DNA from: Escherichia phage BF17
Sequence record: MW822008.1
Reading direction: 5' to 3' (one strand)
Length of the DNA: 64,000 bases
In this document: positions 19,415 to 28,838 of the stretch, piece after piece
Layout of the letters: the number at the start of each line of letters is the position of its first letter
How positions within the stretch are numbered: the first letter of the stretch is position 1
The notes under the pieces: generated by a model
Databases searched by the model: none
What the model saw: only the letters and a program-made list of their open reading frames with translations
What the model was told of the DNA's origin: nothing
Position numbers and translations under genes: made by a program

Positions 19415-19979
19415 TTTTATTAAAAGTGTAGTACACCCTATGCTTAGTATTATGAAAAAAATACAGAATCTACCGGAAGATAACGATTACAAGTTTAATC
19501 GTTTTGATTCAGATGTGTTTTGTATTGAAATTGAAATTAATAACAATCGCAATTTACATTTAAAATTCAAAGAATCGTCAAGTCCGTACTACAACTTTGA
19601 TATGAATTTTAAAATAGATACTGACATTGAAGAAAACGTAATATCAAATCATACTAGCAAAAATGGTTTTATGCATAGAACTACTATGTACAATAATAAA
19701 AATAGTATTATATCTAAATGGAATCATCAATTCACTAAAATTTGTGAAATTGAATATAGTGATTTTGGTGAAGAGAATTACTTTCAGTTAAGTACAATTC
19801 ATGAACTTCCACCGTATGATTATGTTAAAACATGGTTTGATATTCATAATATAATTGATGATGCAATCAAACTTCCATTTGGTGTGTCAATATCATATAC
19901 TGCTCCTAAAACATTTGTTTTTACTGAAGATATGATTATGAAAAAGATATGGGCAATTATCCCACTTATGATGGATTAA
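19398..19979 (+). CDS. hypothetical protein, FQ-motif paralog family
   Basis: Motif EENYFQLSTIHEL. Confidence 0.6.
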   Translation: MKITNDFIKSVVHPMLSIMKKIQNLPEDNDYKFNRFDSDVFCIEIEINNNRNLHLKFKESSSPYYNFDMNFKIDTDIEENVISNHTSKNGFMHRTTMYNNKNSIISKWNHQFTKICEIEYSDFGEENYFQLSTIHELPPYDYVKTWFDIHNIIDDAIKLPFGVSISYTAPKTFVFTEDMIMKKIWAIIPLMMD

Positions 19980-19993
19980 ATTCGTACCAGGGG

Positions 19994-20022
19994 TTGACTC
20001 TGGTATTTTTGTATGATACATT
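19994..20022 (+). promoter_or_regulatory. sigma70-like early promoter
   Basis: TTGACT (19994-19999), 17 nt spacer, TGaTACATT; AAAGGAG RBS follows. Confidence 0.45.
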
Positions 20023-20040
20023 GTCCTAAAGGAGAATTTT

Positions 20041-20592
20041 ATGAACTACAATCATGATCTTTTTACATTATGTGCATCCAAATGTGTTGATGGATGGACA
20101 GATAAAATCAATACCATAATTCATCGATATCTGGTCTTTAGTTCTCGTGCACGAAGTGAGGGGGCTATGGATTTCAAATATACACTATCTATTGATGGTG
20201 TAACTATCCATGCAGACGAAGAACGTCTGAGCATTAATTTGTATGATTCCTGTGTATTTGCTATTCACCAAAAGATGGGGAAAGGATGGGGTTGTAATAA
20301 CATTAACTCAAAAGCTATCTTTTGGGTTGGTCACCACCAGACAGTACTTGATCCTTCAATCAAATCTAATCTTTTATCCGATAATATGGTTTATGATTTA
20401 TTGTACTCCGAAGAACAACATTTTCAGTTAAGTACATTACATGATCTGGCACAGTACGAGGATTGTTACAAAACATTAGAACTATGCCATTCCCTTGAAC
20501 TTAAAGATAAATTGATACAAGTTTACCCTTCATTCTTTCATGAAGAAGTACAAAGTACACTAGATCATATTTTATATGGATACGATAAATGA
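20041..20592 (+). CDS. hypothetical protein, FQ-motif paralog family
   Basis: Motif EEQHFQLSTLHDL. Confidence 0.6.
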   Translation: MNYNHDLFTLCASKCVDGWTDKINTIIHRYLVFSSRARSEGAMDFKYTLSIDGVTIHADEERLSINLYDSCVFAIHQKMGKGWGCNNINSKAIFWVGHHQTVLDPSIKSNLLSDNMVYDLLYSEEQHFQLSTLHDLAQYEDCYKTLELCHSLELKDKLIQVYPSFFHEEVQSTLDHILYGYDK

Positions 20593-21191
20593 GAAAAAGT
20601 TATCAAGAAGCTATTGACTTAATTCGTGAAGTTATCAAGGTGGCTCCTGCTGCTATTGAGTTCAAGAAGTCCATATACAAGAAGTATGGTTCAATGTCGA
20701 GTATGTGCTTTCAAAAGAAACGTAGAGCATTCACTACCCAGTACTGGAATGATTCTATCATCCTGAGCAATGAGACTCAGCGTATTTTAACACTAGAATC
20801 TGAACCTAATGAGTACGGGGAAGGGAACATTTGTGTACCTGATTATGATGAAATTAACTTCAACTGCGGTGATTTTGAAACAACATTATTACTTCATGAG
20901 GGTTATCCAGAAGGTGATGTATTAGCTGAGTACAATCCAAAAACTAAAATTCTCAAAAGAGGAATCCAGTTCACTATTAATAACAAAGATGATGTTCAAG
21001 CAGCACTGATGCAACTGAGTACAAGTGAACCTATCACTATTAGTGTAGAAGAGTTATGGGGAATTATTTCAGTACTCAATGAGTGCTACAAAGTAAAATC
21101 ATTGCGTAAACACAGCATTATATTACATACCAATATGGCAAATATAAAATGTAAGCACATTCAAGAAATGGTGGTTCCAGATGGACTTTAA
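20589..21191 (+). CDS. hypothetical protein, FQ-motif paralog family (degenerate)
   Basis: Motif QAALMQLSTSEP. Confidence 0.5.
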   Translation: MRKSYQEAIDLIREVIKVAPAAIEFKKSIYKKYGSMSSMCFQKKRRAFTTQYWNDSIILSNETQRILTLESEPNEYGEGNICVPDYDEINFNCGDFETTLLLHEGYPEGDVLAEYNPKTKILKRGIQFTINNKDDVQAALMQLSTSEPITISVEELWGIISVLNECYKVKSLRKHSIILHTNMANIKCKHIQEMVVPDGL

Positions 21192-21765
21192 AGAAATTGA
21201 AAGTAAATTAAAGTACTTCAAAGATATCAAACTTCTTTGGAAAAAGTATAAAGTTGATTACAATTTCAGTGATGATGAGACAATAAAATACATTGAGATT
21301 AATATCAAAATCAAGTTCAAGAATAATAATTATGGTGAAGTAACCTTAAATCATACTGGTATATCACTCAAGGACTATGATGGTACAACACTCGCATATT
21401 TTGACTTCACACCAGAACCAGGTGAAACACTACTTAGTGAGATAAATTCCTATGACATGGAAGTGTTCGGCGGGAATCCGTTACTGTTCCGACTTTCTGA
21501 AGAGTGGAGTGAAGAGTACTACACTTACAAAGATGGTGTAGTACTTGATATTCATGGAGAAGTTGTGAATGACTTGGAAGAACGTTTGTTCCAAGAATTG
21601 TGTGTTTCAAATACTTCATATGCATACAATCATATCCTTGACATGTTTGATTTATATAGTAAAATAGATGCTGAAATGAAGGCACATGGTATTCATTACC
21701 TTACAATTAACGACTATGCTCAACTCGAAACCGCTGTGAAAGCATTGACTAAAGTACTGAAATAG
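21181..21765 (+). CDS. hypothetical protein, FQ-motif paralog family
   Basis: Motif EERLFQELCVSN. Confidence 0.55.
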   Translation: MDFKEIESKLKYFKDIKLLWKKYKVDYNFSDDETIKYIEINIKIKFKNNNYGEVTLNHTGISLKDYDGTTLAYFDFTPEPGETLLSEINSYDMEVFGGNPLLFRLSEEWSEEYYTYKDGVVLDIHGEVVNDLEERLFQELCVSNTSYAYNHILDMFDLYSKIDAEMKAHGIHYLTINDYAQLETAVKALTKVLK

Positions 21766-21774
21766 GAATGAAAT

Positions 21775-22188
21775 ATGAAACTGTATCATGCGAGTACTGT
21801 AAAAATTGATAACTTTTATATCCCGTATGGTGGTCTTCATATGGGAGGTAAACACAGTGCTTTGGAAGCTGCATTACGCAAGCTGAGAAGCCCACTGAAC
21901 GTAGTAGACGCATGTACAGTATACTTGCATACCTTAGAAGTTGATGTTGATAACGTGCTTCTGTGTGAAGATTTAGGCAGTGATGATGAGTGGCGTTCAC
22001 TTATTGAGAATTGCACTGCTCAAGGTTATGATGCTGTTCAGTACAAAAATGATTACGAGCCAGACAATGTTCCTAGCTTTATGATTTGGGATGCATCTAA
22101 AGTTCGCATCATTGAAGTTGATGCTATGCATATGGATGAAGCTGAAATGATTATCGAAGATTTTCTTGATGAATATGAAGGTGTATAA
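21775..22188 (+). CDS. hypothetical protein (non-family, GC-richer insert in array)
   Basis: 137 aa ORF, locally higher GC than neighbours, no FQ motif. Confidence 0.5.
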   Translation: MKLYHASTVKIDNFYIPYGGLHMGGKHSALEAALRKLRSPLNVVDACTVYLHTLEVDVDNVLLCEDLGSDDEWRSLIENCTAQGYDAVQYKNDYEPDNVPSFMIWDASKVRIIEVDAMHMDEAEMIIEDFLDEYEGV

Positions 22189-22724
22189 TGTCTGAACCGA
22201 TGGTAGCACTGGCACGTACAAAATTACTATTAAAGATTGGTGAGATTTTTACGGTTCTTCTGTCCAATAATATTGATATCACTGAGCTAGATATTAAGCA
22301 ACCGTGGGAAGTGACTATGTTCTCGGCGTTCCACCGATTGTCATATAAAGGTGAAAGTGTTCTTGATTTTAACCCTAAAGCAAAATTCATAGATTATGCT
22401 GCGTTGTACAGAGAGTTGCACAGAAATATTTATTCCGGTTGTATAACCAATAACTTCAAAGAAATTAAAGTTCAAACTGCATCACATGAGTTCAATGATT
22501 TACTTTATCCAGAATTTAATCTAACGGAAGAATTACTCTTTCAGTACTCGTTAATTCTCACAAATCTCGAAACACTAGAGTTCTACAAAGAGTTAGTAGA
22601 TATTTTTATGAATACACGACTTTCAAAAGATATTGTGATATTCTGGTATACAGAGCATGTTACGGAGGAATTGCTTACTGAATTTCTTCTAAATATGACA
22701 GCTATAAAGGAGAAGTTATGTTAG
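22188..22724 (+). CDS. hypothetical protein, FQ-motif paralog family
   Basis: Motif EELLFQYSLILTN. Confidence 0.6.
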   Translation: MSEPMVALARTKLLLKIGEIFTVLLSNNIDITELDIKQPWEVTMFSAFHRLSYKGESVLDFNPKAKFIDYAALYRELHRNIYSGCITNNFKEIKVQTASHEFNDLLYPEFNLTEELLFQYSLILTNLETLEFYKELVDIFMNTRLSKDIVIFWYTEHVTEELLTEFLLNMTAIKEKLC

Positions 22725-23191
22725 ATATTTTAGGAAACATCGATACTGCAAATTATTTTATCCAGGACGCACTGTTCAATACAGTTCAACAAGGATTAGA
22801 AGTTCGTCATAACGTTTACCAAGGTGATGGTTATTTCGTTGATATTGTTGAGGCACGAAAGAATACGTTTAATGTTAACATTACAACACTGGGTAGACAG
22901 AACATTGCACGAATTTTAGTAAGTAAAGATGAAATTGTATTGAGATACAGTGCTAAGTTTATGTTGACTTATAAGAAAAAAACTGATATGTTCAGTACTA
23001 ATTTATTTGATGAGCCATTTGACCTTGAAGATATTGAAGCTACTTTCTTTACTCAAAGTACTATGGTAAAATACACTGATGTTCAATTTTCTGCTGATGT
23101 AATGTCAGAAACATTACAAATGATCAAGGTATTATTTTATGCATTTGAGCAATTTAGAGAAGAAAGAAACAAGGTTAACAACCACAGATGA
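22718..23191 (+). CDS. hypothetical protein, FQ-motif paralog family (divergent)
   Basis: Motif EATFFTQSTMVKY. Confidence 0.55.
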   Translation: MLDILGNIDTANYFIQDALFNTVQQGLEVRHNVYQGDGYFVDIVEARKNTFNVNITTLGRQNIARILVSKDEIVLRYSAKFMLTYKKKTDMFSTNLFDEPFDLEDIEATFFTQSTMVKYTDVQFSADVMSETLQMIKVLFYAFEQFREERNKVNNHR

Positions 23192-23204
23192 ACTAATAGA
23201 GGCG

Positions 23205-23552
23205 ATGACTAAGGAGTCAAAATACCACAAAGGGATTCGTCTATATTTTATAGATATTGGTTCAATGGAAGGCATATACATTTATGGTTCACAATCTTTA
23301 TCTTATGATGTAATGCCAAAAAAACATGTAAAAATCTTTTTAGGTTCAAATAAAAAAACTTTCTTGACAATTAATGATAAAAACGTTATTATGAATTCGT
23401 TGGGTCATGATAAGGTGGAAATTGATCTAAACACACTGGAGGATATTGATTTTTTTCAATACGAGTGTTTAGGTGTTGACTTACATGGCATTAGTAGCGA
23501 TATGATAAAATCATTAATCAAATATTTCGAAGGTGTTCATAAATGTATCTAA
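23205..23552 (+). CDS. hypothetical protein, FQ-motif paralog family (divergent)
   Basis: Track ORF 23139..23552; in-frame ATG 23205 after previous stop; motif IDFFQYECLGVD. Confidence 0.5.
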   Translation: MTKESKYHKGIRLYFIDIGSMEGIYIYGSQSLSYDVMPKKHVKIFLGSNKKTFLTINDKNVIMNSLGHDKVEIDLNTLEDIDFFQYECLGVDLHGISSDMIKSLIKYFEGVHKCI

Positions 23553-24040
23553 CTAAATCAATGAAAAATTCATTTGATAAAATCAAGAGTTGTCTTGATG
23601 GGGAAAATATTACAAGTGTTACACAAACTGCTGACCAAATTCAAAGCAGTTCAAGTGATTGTACTGTTATTTTAGGTTTACATAGTCTACGTTTATCAAT
23701 AGTAAATAATATTGACAACACTGCTATTGTAATCACACCATGCCATATTCAAAATGAGAATGGTGTATATCTTCATCACATGGGAACAGTATTTCATATT
23801 TTCAATACAAACGAAAACATTGTTAAGGAATACAATACTCTTAATATTGATTCAGGTGAATTATTTCAAATGAGTACTTTGTACTCATGTAATTTTACAG
23901 ATACTTCATGTATTTTGCCATTTTTCTTGGAAATTATTAAGAAAATGGAAAATTTAAAACGTGAATACAATAAAGAAATGGTTCCTGAAGCTATATTAAA
24001 TATTACTAATGCTATAGAGAAGTATAATGCAGTGACTTAA
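23543..24040 (+). CDS. hypothetical protein, FQ-motif paralog family
   Basis: Motif GELFQMSTLYSCNF. Confidence 0.6.
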   Translation: MYLTKSMKNSFDKIKSCLDGENITSVTQTADQIQSSSSDCTVILGLHSLRLSIVNNIDNTAIVITPCHIQNENGVYLHHMGTVFHIFNTNENIVKEYNTLNIDSGELFQMSTLYSCNFTDTSCILPFFLEIIKKMENLKREYNKEMVPEAILNITNAIEKYNAVT

Positions 24041-24082
24041 TAAAAACGCACATGGAGTGCATTAGAAGATCAAGGATAGATC

Positions 24083-24556
24083 ATGGAGATTAAAACTGTT
24101 GAAAATGGGAAAATTGATGACATTTTAGAGTTGGACGCATTCAAAGTTCATGATATAATGTTTAATGTGAAGGACATTATTCAATGTCTATTTTTGTGTA
24201 GCAAGACAATGCATGATTTTTTTCACAACCCAAATACTAACGTTTTTATACTAACAATCAGTACTGAAAACTCGTTTATCATGGGTATGCCTATGAGTAC
24301 AAATGAACAATATATTGATTGTGTTATTCGTAATAACGATAGTATTACGCCACAATCTGAAGTACGTAAAAAGAAAAACACCTACACAATCAAAGATGAT
24401 AAAATTATGATGTGCTGTAGTAAAGGGTTTATATTAGATAATTTTATCGTAAAAGACAGTTATCACGACTTTAAAGTATCTGAAAATCAATCCAATGTAG
24501 TTCTTTATGCGAGTGACATAGAAAGTCTAACAGTTAAAGATCCTAGTTTGGAGTAA
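24083..24556 (+). CDS. hypothetical protein
   Basis: 157 aa track ORF. Confidence 0.5.
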   Translation: MEIKTVENGKIDDILELDAFKVHDIMFNVKDIIQCLFLCSKTMHDFFHNPNTNVFILTISTENSFIMGMPMSTNEQYIDCVIRNNDSITPQSEVRKKKNTYTIKDDKIMMCCSKGFILDNFIVKDSYHDFKVSENQSNVVLYASDIESLTVKDPSLE

Positions 24557-24558
24557 TT

Positions 24559-24690
24559 ATGTCGAAGAAAGTTAACAATTTCGTACAGAAACACATGAAT
24601 GAGTTTAATAAACCTCAGACACATGTGGATCGTAAAAAAGAAATGAAAAATGGTAAAGTAAAACACAAGTCGAGATTTATTCTCGACTAA
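24559..24690 (+). CDS. small basic protein (43 aa)
   Basis: Untracked ORF; GGAG RBS 6 nt upstream; Lys-rich; terminator overlaps its end. Confidence 0.4.
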   Translation: MSKKVNNFVQKHMNEFNKPQTHVDRKKEMKNGKVKHKSRFILD

Positions 24691-24697
24691 TTTTTTG
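24669..24697 (+). terminator. intrinsic terminator
   Basis: gtcgag-atttatt-ctcgac hairpin followed by TTTTTT. Confidence 0.55.
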
Positions 24698-24713
24698 TCT
24701 AAATTTATGAGGA

Positions 24714-25568
24714 TTGTATATGTTAGACATTTCAGATTTTCTTAATTTTAAAAAGTATTCAGTACTTGAACATATCAACGAATTTCTGAATTCTACTACA
24801 CCATTTGGTATCAGTACATCAGATGCATACGATGGATATACAATCTTCCCATACAATGACTTTCAAATTTCCGTCAAAAAAGGTATTACAAAAGAAGTTG
24901 CAATTCGTGATGTAGTAATGTATAGCGATTCTTCTATTTCTTACTGTCATGATGTGAACAAGTTTGAATCTCTTGCAACACCTAATTGTTCATACTACAA
25001 ATCCCATGACACGATGATGTATAAAGAACAACATATCAATGGTGTTTCGTTCTATAAAACTAGCAGTGATAAATCATATACATCTAGAGATGATTTTGGA
25101 AAATACACATGTACTATGCACACGGATAATGAAAAAACAAATTACACTCATTCATTCGAGTCCAAATTCCAAGAGAGTGAAGTTTCAAATATCACTATAC
25201 AAGAACAGGTTTCAGAAGGCATTGTATATCGTAGCACTGCATTCTTTCGCATGAAAGATATTGCCACAGGCAGACCAATGATGTACAATATTGATATATA
25301 CATGAAAGGTGATATATCCGAAGTAGTGATTAGTACTGGTTATCGTGAAAAATATACAGTTACAATGGAATCACCAGATGCATCATTAGTTCACCTCTTT
25401 AACAATTTATATACATTCCAATTCGAACTTAGTTTCGATCCAAATGAATATCAAATATTTGATATATTAAAAAGTAATATTATTAATAAGTTAGAATATT
25501 ACTACAAGTTAGGTGGTAAGATGTGCATAGTTAATACTATGTTACATAACATAAAAGAAACATTATAA
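24714..25568 (+). CDS. hypothetical protein
   Basis: 284 aa track ORF. Confidence 0.55.
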   Translation: MYMLDISDFLNFKKYSVLEHINEFLNSTTPFGISTSDAYDGYTIFPYNDFQISVKKGITKEVAIRDVVMYSDSSISYCHDVNKFESLATPNCSYYKSHDTMMYKEQHINGVSFYKTSSDKSYTSRDDFGKYTCTMHTDNEKTNYTHSFESKFQESEVSNITIQEQVSEGIVYRSTAFFRMKDIATGRPMMYNIDIYMKGDISEVVISTGYREKYTVTMESPDASLVHLFNNLYTFQFELSFDPNEYQIFDILKSNIINKLEYYYKLGGKMCIVNTMLHNIKETL

Positions 25569-25584
25569 ATCTGGAGGATTTGGT

Positions 25585-25878
25585 ATGGATACTAAATTCA
25601 AAATTATTTTTAAAACTAAGCCGTATATTCCACATACAGCAGAACGTTTTATACCACATGGTGCTGAGGAAATTATTCACCAAGATGGTACTAAGTTATA
25701 CCTTGTTCCTTGTTCTTATGAACGTGCAGTAGAAATGTTACTAATGAATGCTAGACTATGCAAAAACAAGTACATTAGTTACCTATACAATGAACATATT
25801 TTAGATTTCAATGATGAAAATATGTTCATTCTAGCAATCGAGGATTTTGATAACTGGTACAATATTATTAAAATCTAA
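25585..25878 (+). CDS. hypothetical protein
   Basis: 97 aa track ORF with GGAGG RBS. Confidence 0.5.
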   Translation: MDTKFKIIFKTKPYIPHTAERFIPHGAEEIIHQDGTKLYLVPCSYERAVEMLLMNARLCKNKYISYLYNEHILDFNDENMFILAIEDFDNWYNIIKI

Positions 25879-25886
25879 TGAAAATA

Positions 25887-25925
25887 ATGTGAACATATTA
25901 GATTCTTGTGATATAATGTTCACAT
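25887..25925 (+). promoter_or_regulatory. early promoter -10 embedded in 10-bp inverted repeat
   Basis: atgtgaacat (25887-25896) and atgttcacat (25916-25925) flank TGaTATAAT (-10 at 25912-25917). Confidence 0.45.
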
Positions 25926-25949
25926 CTTTTTTTGATAACGGAGATATAG

Positions 25950-26336
25950 ATGAATACAAGTTCAATCCTAAAAGCAATTGGTGGTGTTTTACTCATTGAA
26001 GTAAAAGGTGAGCCAAAGCTATGCTGTTTAGAAGATATGAAGAATACAAAACACTTCAGTACTGGTCAGATTTTCAATGCCATTCGTATTCTAAATGACA
26101 AATCCATTGCTGATTATGGAAAAGTTTGGCCTGTATATCAAAATGCTGATGGTGATATCAGTACTGATTGGAAAACAATTGAGGCGGTACGACAAAGTTG
26201 TGAGAGTGATTGGGACTTCATTGTTGAAGTTTGTGATCAACTACAAGAAGATGTTCCAGAAATTGTCGAACGAAAAGAAGTCCTAGCACGACTTGAAAAA
26301 TTCCGTCACGGAACACTACAGTATAACACAATCTAA
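25950..26336 (+). CDS. hypothetical protein
   Basis: 128 aa track ORF; GGAG RBS. Confidence 0.5.
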   Translation: MNTSSILKAIGGVLLIEVKGEPKLCCLEDMKNTKHFSTGQIFNAIRILNDKSIADYGKVWPVYQNADGDISTDWKTIEAVRQSCESDWDFIVEVCDQLQEDVPEIVERKEVLARLEKFRHGTLQYNTI

Positions 26337-26385
26337 TCTGCTTATTAAAAATATCTAATTAACATTATATAAAAGGAATTTAAAA

Positions 26386-26691
26386 ATGGAAGACAATGGA
26401 ATGAAATTTGATATGTTTGAAGGTGTACCAGAGTTCGATTTCAACAAACTTGAAGAAGGTGAGGAATCAGAACTAGTCAGTGTTACACTTAAAGCAGATT
26501 CTAAGAAGAAATATTCATCAGCAGTACGTTCACGTTCACAAGAAGAATACGAAACATTTATTGAAAGTATTCATTATGAAACATTCCATCATGCAGATGG
26601 AACTCCATATGAAGTACGTGTAACAGTACTGAAGCCTGAAGTAAATCCAATGGAAAATCTACGTCCTGTTTACTGCTGGGCAAGTCACTAA
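26386..26691 (+). CDS. hypothetical protein
   Basis: 101 aa track ORF; AAGGA RBS. Confidence 0.5.
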   Translation: MEDNGMKFDMFEGVPEFDFNKLEEGEESELVSVTLKADSKKKYSSAVRSRSQEEYETFIESIHYETFHHADGTPYEVRVTVLKPEVNPMENLRPVYCWASH

Positions 26692-26698
26692 TAAACCA

Positions 26699-26731
26699 AA
26701 GGACGGGATTTGTTATCTCGTCCTTTTTTTG
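26699..26731 (+). terminator. intrinsic terminator
   Basis: aggacg...cgtcct hairpin followed by TTTTTTT. Confidence 0.55.
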
Positions 26732-26742
26732 TCTGGAGATGT

Positions 26743-27597
26743 ATGAAACTTTATCTAATCGTTGACTACAATAAGGATTATGCTGGTAACTTCACCGAAG
26801 ATTCGGATGGATATTGCACATCGACTAATGTCAATGTACGTAGCAGTAGTGCTCATGAACATGAATCTTGTAAAAATCTAAAAGATTTTATCGCATACCG
26901 AGCATTTGAAAAGAACTTCTGCCGCAGTAGATATTCGAAGTTTGAGTACCCGTTAATTGATGTTCCTGATGATTTAATGTTCCAGTTAATGCTAACTGGA
27001 GTTCAAGATTATGATTACATAGCATATAATCATATTACTAAGAAAATTTATATTGGTACATCATCACATGACACTTCTATGTATGCATCATGCCCAGATG
27101 ATCGAATGAATGATAGAAAATCATACTATAGTGGATCAGTTGGTTTAAATGATTCATTAAATGAAAATTTATTCTTTGAGTATGTTTATGATTACCATCA
27201 TGAGAAAAAAGAACGTGAAGATTACTGTATAGCAATTGATAGTACTAATGGGTATGAAGACGTGAAAGAAGCACTTATGCCGTACATTATTGAAAAGTAC
27301 TACAAAGATTTTCAGTACTGTAGTAATTTTCTAATCAGAAATTCTATTATAATCGGTCGCCAATCTAGTGCATACTCTCAGTACTATAATGATTCACCAG
27401 TAGCATCGGCAAATGAAATGTGTGATATTTTACAAATTCCACGTGAAGATATGGCATTCATTTTTACATCTTTTATTGAAGATGATGAGTTGTATATTAA
27501 AAATAAACACCGTTTCATGCCAAGCAAGATTGAGGTTATTCGAAGTTTTAGTGTTGATATACTAACAAATTTCACAGAAAAAACCGAATATAACTGA
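26743..27597 (+). CDS. hypothetical protein, FQ-motif paralog family
   Basis: Track ORF 26710..27597; ATG 26743 after GGAG and downstream of terminator; motif DDLMFQLMLTGV. Confidence 0.55.
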   Translation: MKLYLIVDYNKDYAGNFTEDSDGYCTSTNVNVRSSSAHEHESCKNLKDFIAYRAFEKNFCRSRYSKFEYPLIDVPDDLMFQLMLTGVQDYDYIAYNHITKKIYIGTSSHDTSMYASCPDDRMNDRKSYYSGSVGLNDSLNENLFFEYVYDYHHEKKEREDYCIAIDSTNGYEDVKEALMPYIIEKYYKDFQYCSNFLIRNSIIIGRQSSAYSQYYNDSPVASANEMCDILQIPREDMAFIFTSFIEDDELYIKNKHRFMPSKIEVIRSFSVDILTNFTEKTEYN

Positions 27598-27625
27598 GAC
27601 AAATGATAAGTTAATGATATAATAT

Positions 27626-27660
27626 AAGGTGACAACATAATATGTTAGTCACCTTTTTTT
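27626..27660 (+). terminator. intrinsic terminator
   Basis: ggtgacaacat / atgttagtcacc stem (one bulge) followed by TTTTTTT; TGATATAAT sits just upstream. Confidence 0.6.
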
Positions 27661-28200
27661 AATCCTGAAAGGTTCCCATAAGGAAATGATTAAAAGCCTA
27701 ATCCACTCGAAAATGTAGAGGGTAGATGAGTAGTCCTTTCAGTACGAACAGCAGATGAAACCCGTTAGATGATGGCATAGTTTGAACCACTCACGGCAAT
27801 GCGGCTGTATAAAGAACTCCAATAGGATAAAGAGAGTTCCTCGATAGACATATAAGGATCGCACCTTACCAATTATCTAAGGGAGATTTCATAAGAAATA
27901 TGCGGTCGGAATTATACAATATAGTTGCGTCCAAATTTTGTGAAATCAAATACAAGTACTGGTCATATGGTATTTGTATTATGTGTCGGGATGTTTAAGA
28001 CCGACGACCGTTGCTACAAGAACCGCGATAGAGAGAAACAGAGCAACCCGCTTTCGTCTCGTAAGAGAATTCGTGATATGAACTATGTGAAGGCCACCAG
28101 CGTCAAACTTTTTTGTTCTTTCCCCTGCGGGGGGGATGAAATATGCTCAAGCAAACCCCGTCAATATTAATTAAAAGAAAATAGTACTTGTAGAATTAGA
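27661..28200. other. ORF-poor, GC-richer region; candidate structured non-coding RNA or decayed insert
   Basis: No ORF of 60 aa or more except one implausible Cys/Arg-rich TTG-start frame; local GC well above flanks; several short stems; no tRNA T-loop or group I P7 found. Confidence 0.25.
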
Positions 28201-28201
28201 C

Positions 28202-28822
28202 ATGCGTAGCATGGTAATTCTACTGATGTTGATGAAATCAACGTCACGTATATTCATTGATGTTTCCATAGGAATAATGATGGCATTTATTAGAAAAGAA
28301 AAAACTGTTACTTATAAAACTTTGAATTTTGATGATTGCATTAATCAATCACAAGACGAAGATATCTTTACTGGATATGTGGTTATTAAAGAAAAAGGAT
28401 GCATTTCTTATATAAAGGAATTGCAAAATGGAATTGAAGTGACTTCAGTTAAATTACTTCCTACTCAAAAACCAACAATATCAAAAGCCCAGTATGGTAA
28501 TTATTTTGAAGAAAGATATAGTAATAATTCAATAAGTGTTAAGGCTCATATTATTAAAGGAGAACTAGAAGGAGAATATAGAAAATACAACCCACAAGGA
28601 AAATGTGTTTGGGTTAAATACTTCAATTCAGGATATGATGTAACATCTGAAATTATAGAGTTCTTAGGTTTAAAATGTACCCCTGAGACTATTCACGATT
28701 ATAAGTTCAATACTGAAGAAGAGTTTAATCTGATGATGCGTTACGGTTCACATTTTAAATTTTTATATGAATATAACATTGACAGTAGTACTTTTGATAA
28801 GATAGTACACAACTGTCTCTAA
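28202..28822 (+). CDS. hypothetical protein with MORN/YwqK-like repeat
   Basis: Track ORF; segment GEYRKYNPQGKCVWVKYFNSG resembles MORN-type repeat; no clear RBS, start uncertain. Confidence 0.45.
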   Translation: MRSMVILLMLMKSTSRIFIDVSIGIMMAFIRKEKTVTYKTLNFDDCINQSQDEDIFTGYVVIKEKGCISYIKELQNGIEVTSVKLLPTQKPTISKAQYGNYFEERYSNNSISVKAHIIKGELEGEYRKYNPQGKCVWVKYFNSGYDVTSEIIEFLGLKCTPETIHDYKFNTEEEFNLMMRYGSHFKFLYEYNIDSSTFDKIVHNCL

Positions 28823-28838
28823 CAAAAGGAATTATATA

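Noticed and set aside
27925-28170. 81-aa TTG-initiated ORF in the GC-rich island
   Set aside because: Cys/Arg-rich composition unlike any neighbouring protein, no RBS; treated as non-coding.
27661-28200. Group I intron or tRNA gene in the GC-rich island
   Set aside because: No GACTA/TAGTC P7 pairing on either strand, no GTTCRA T-loop, and the flanking genes are complete with their own stop and start.
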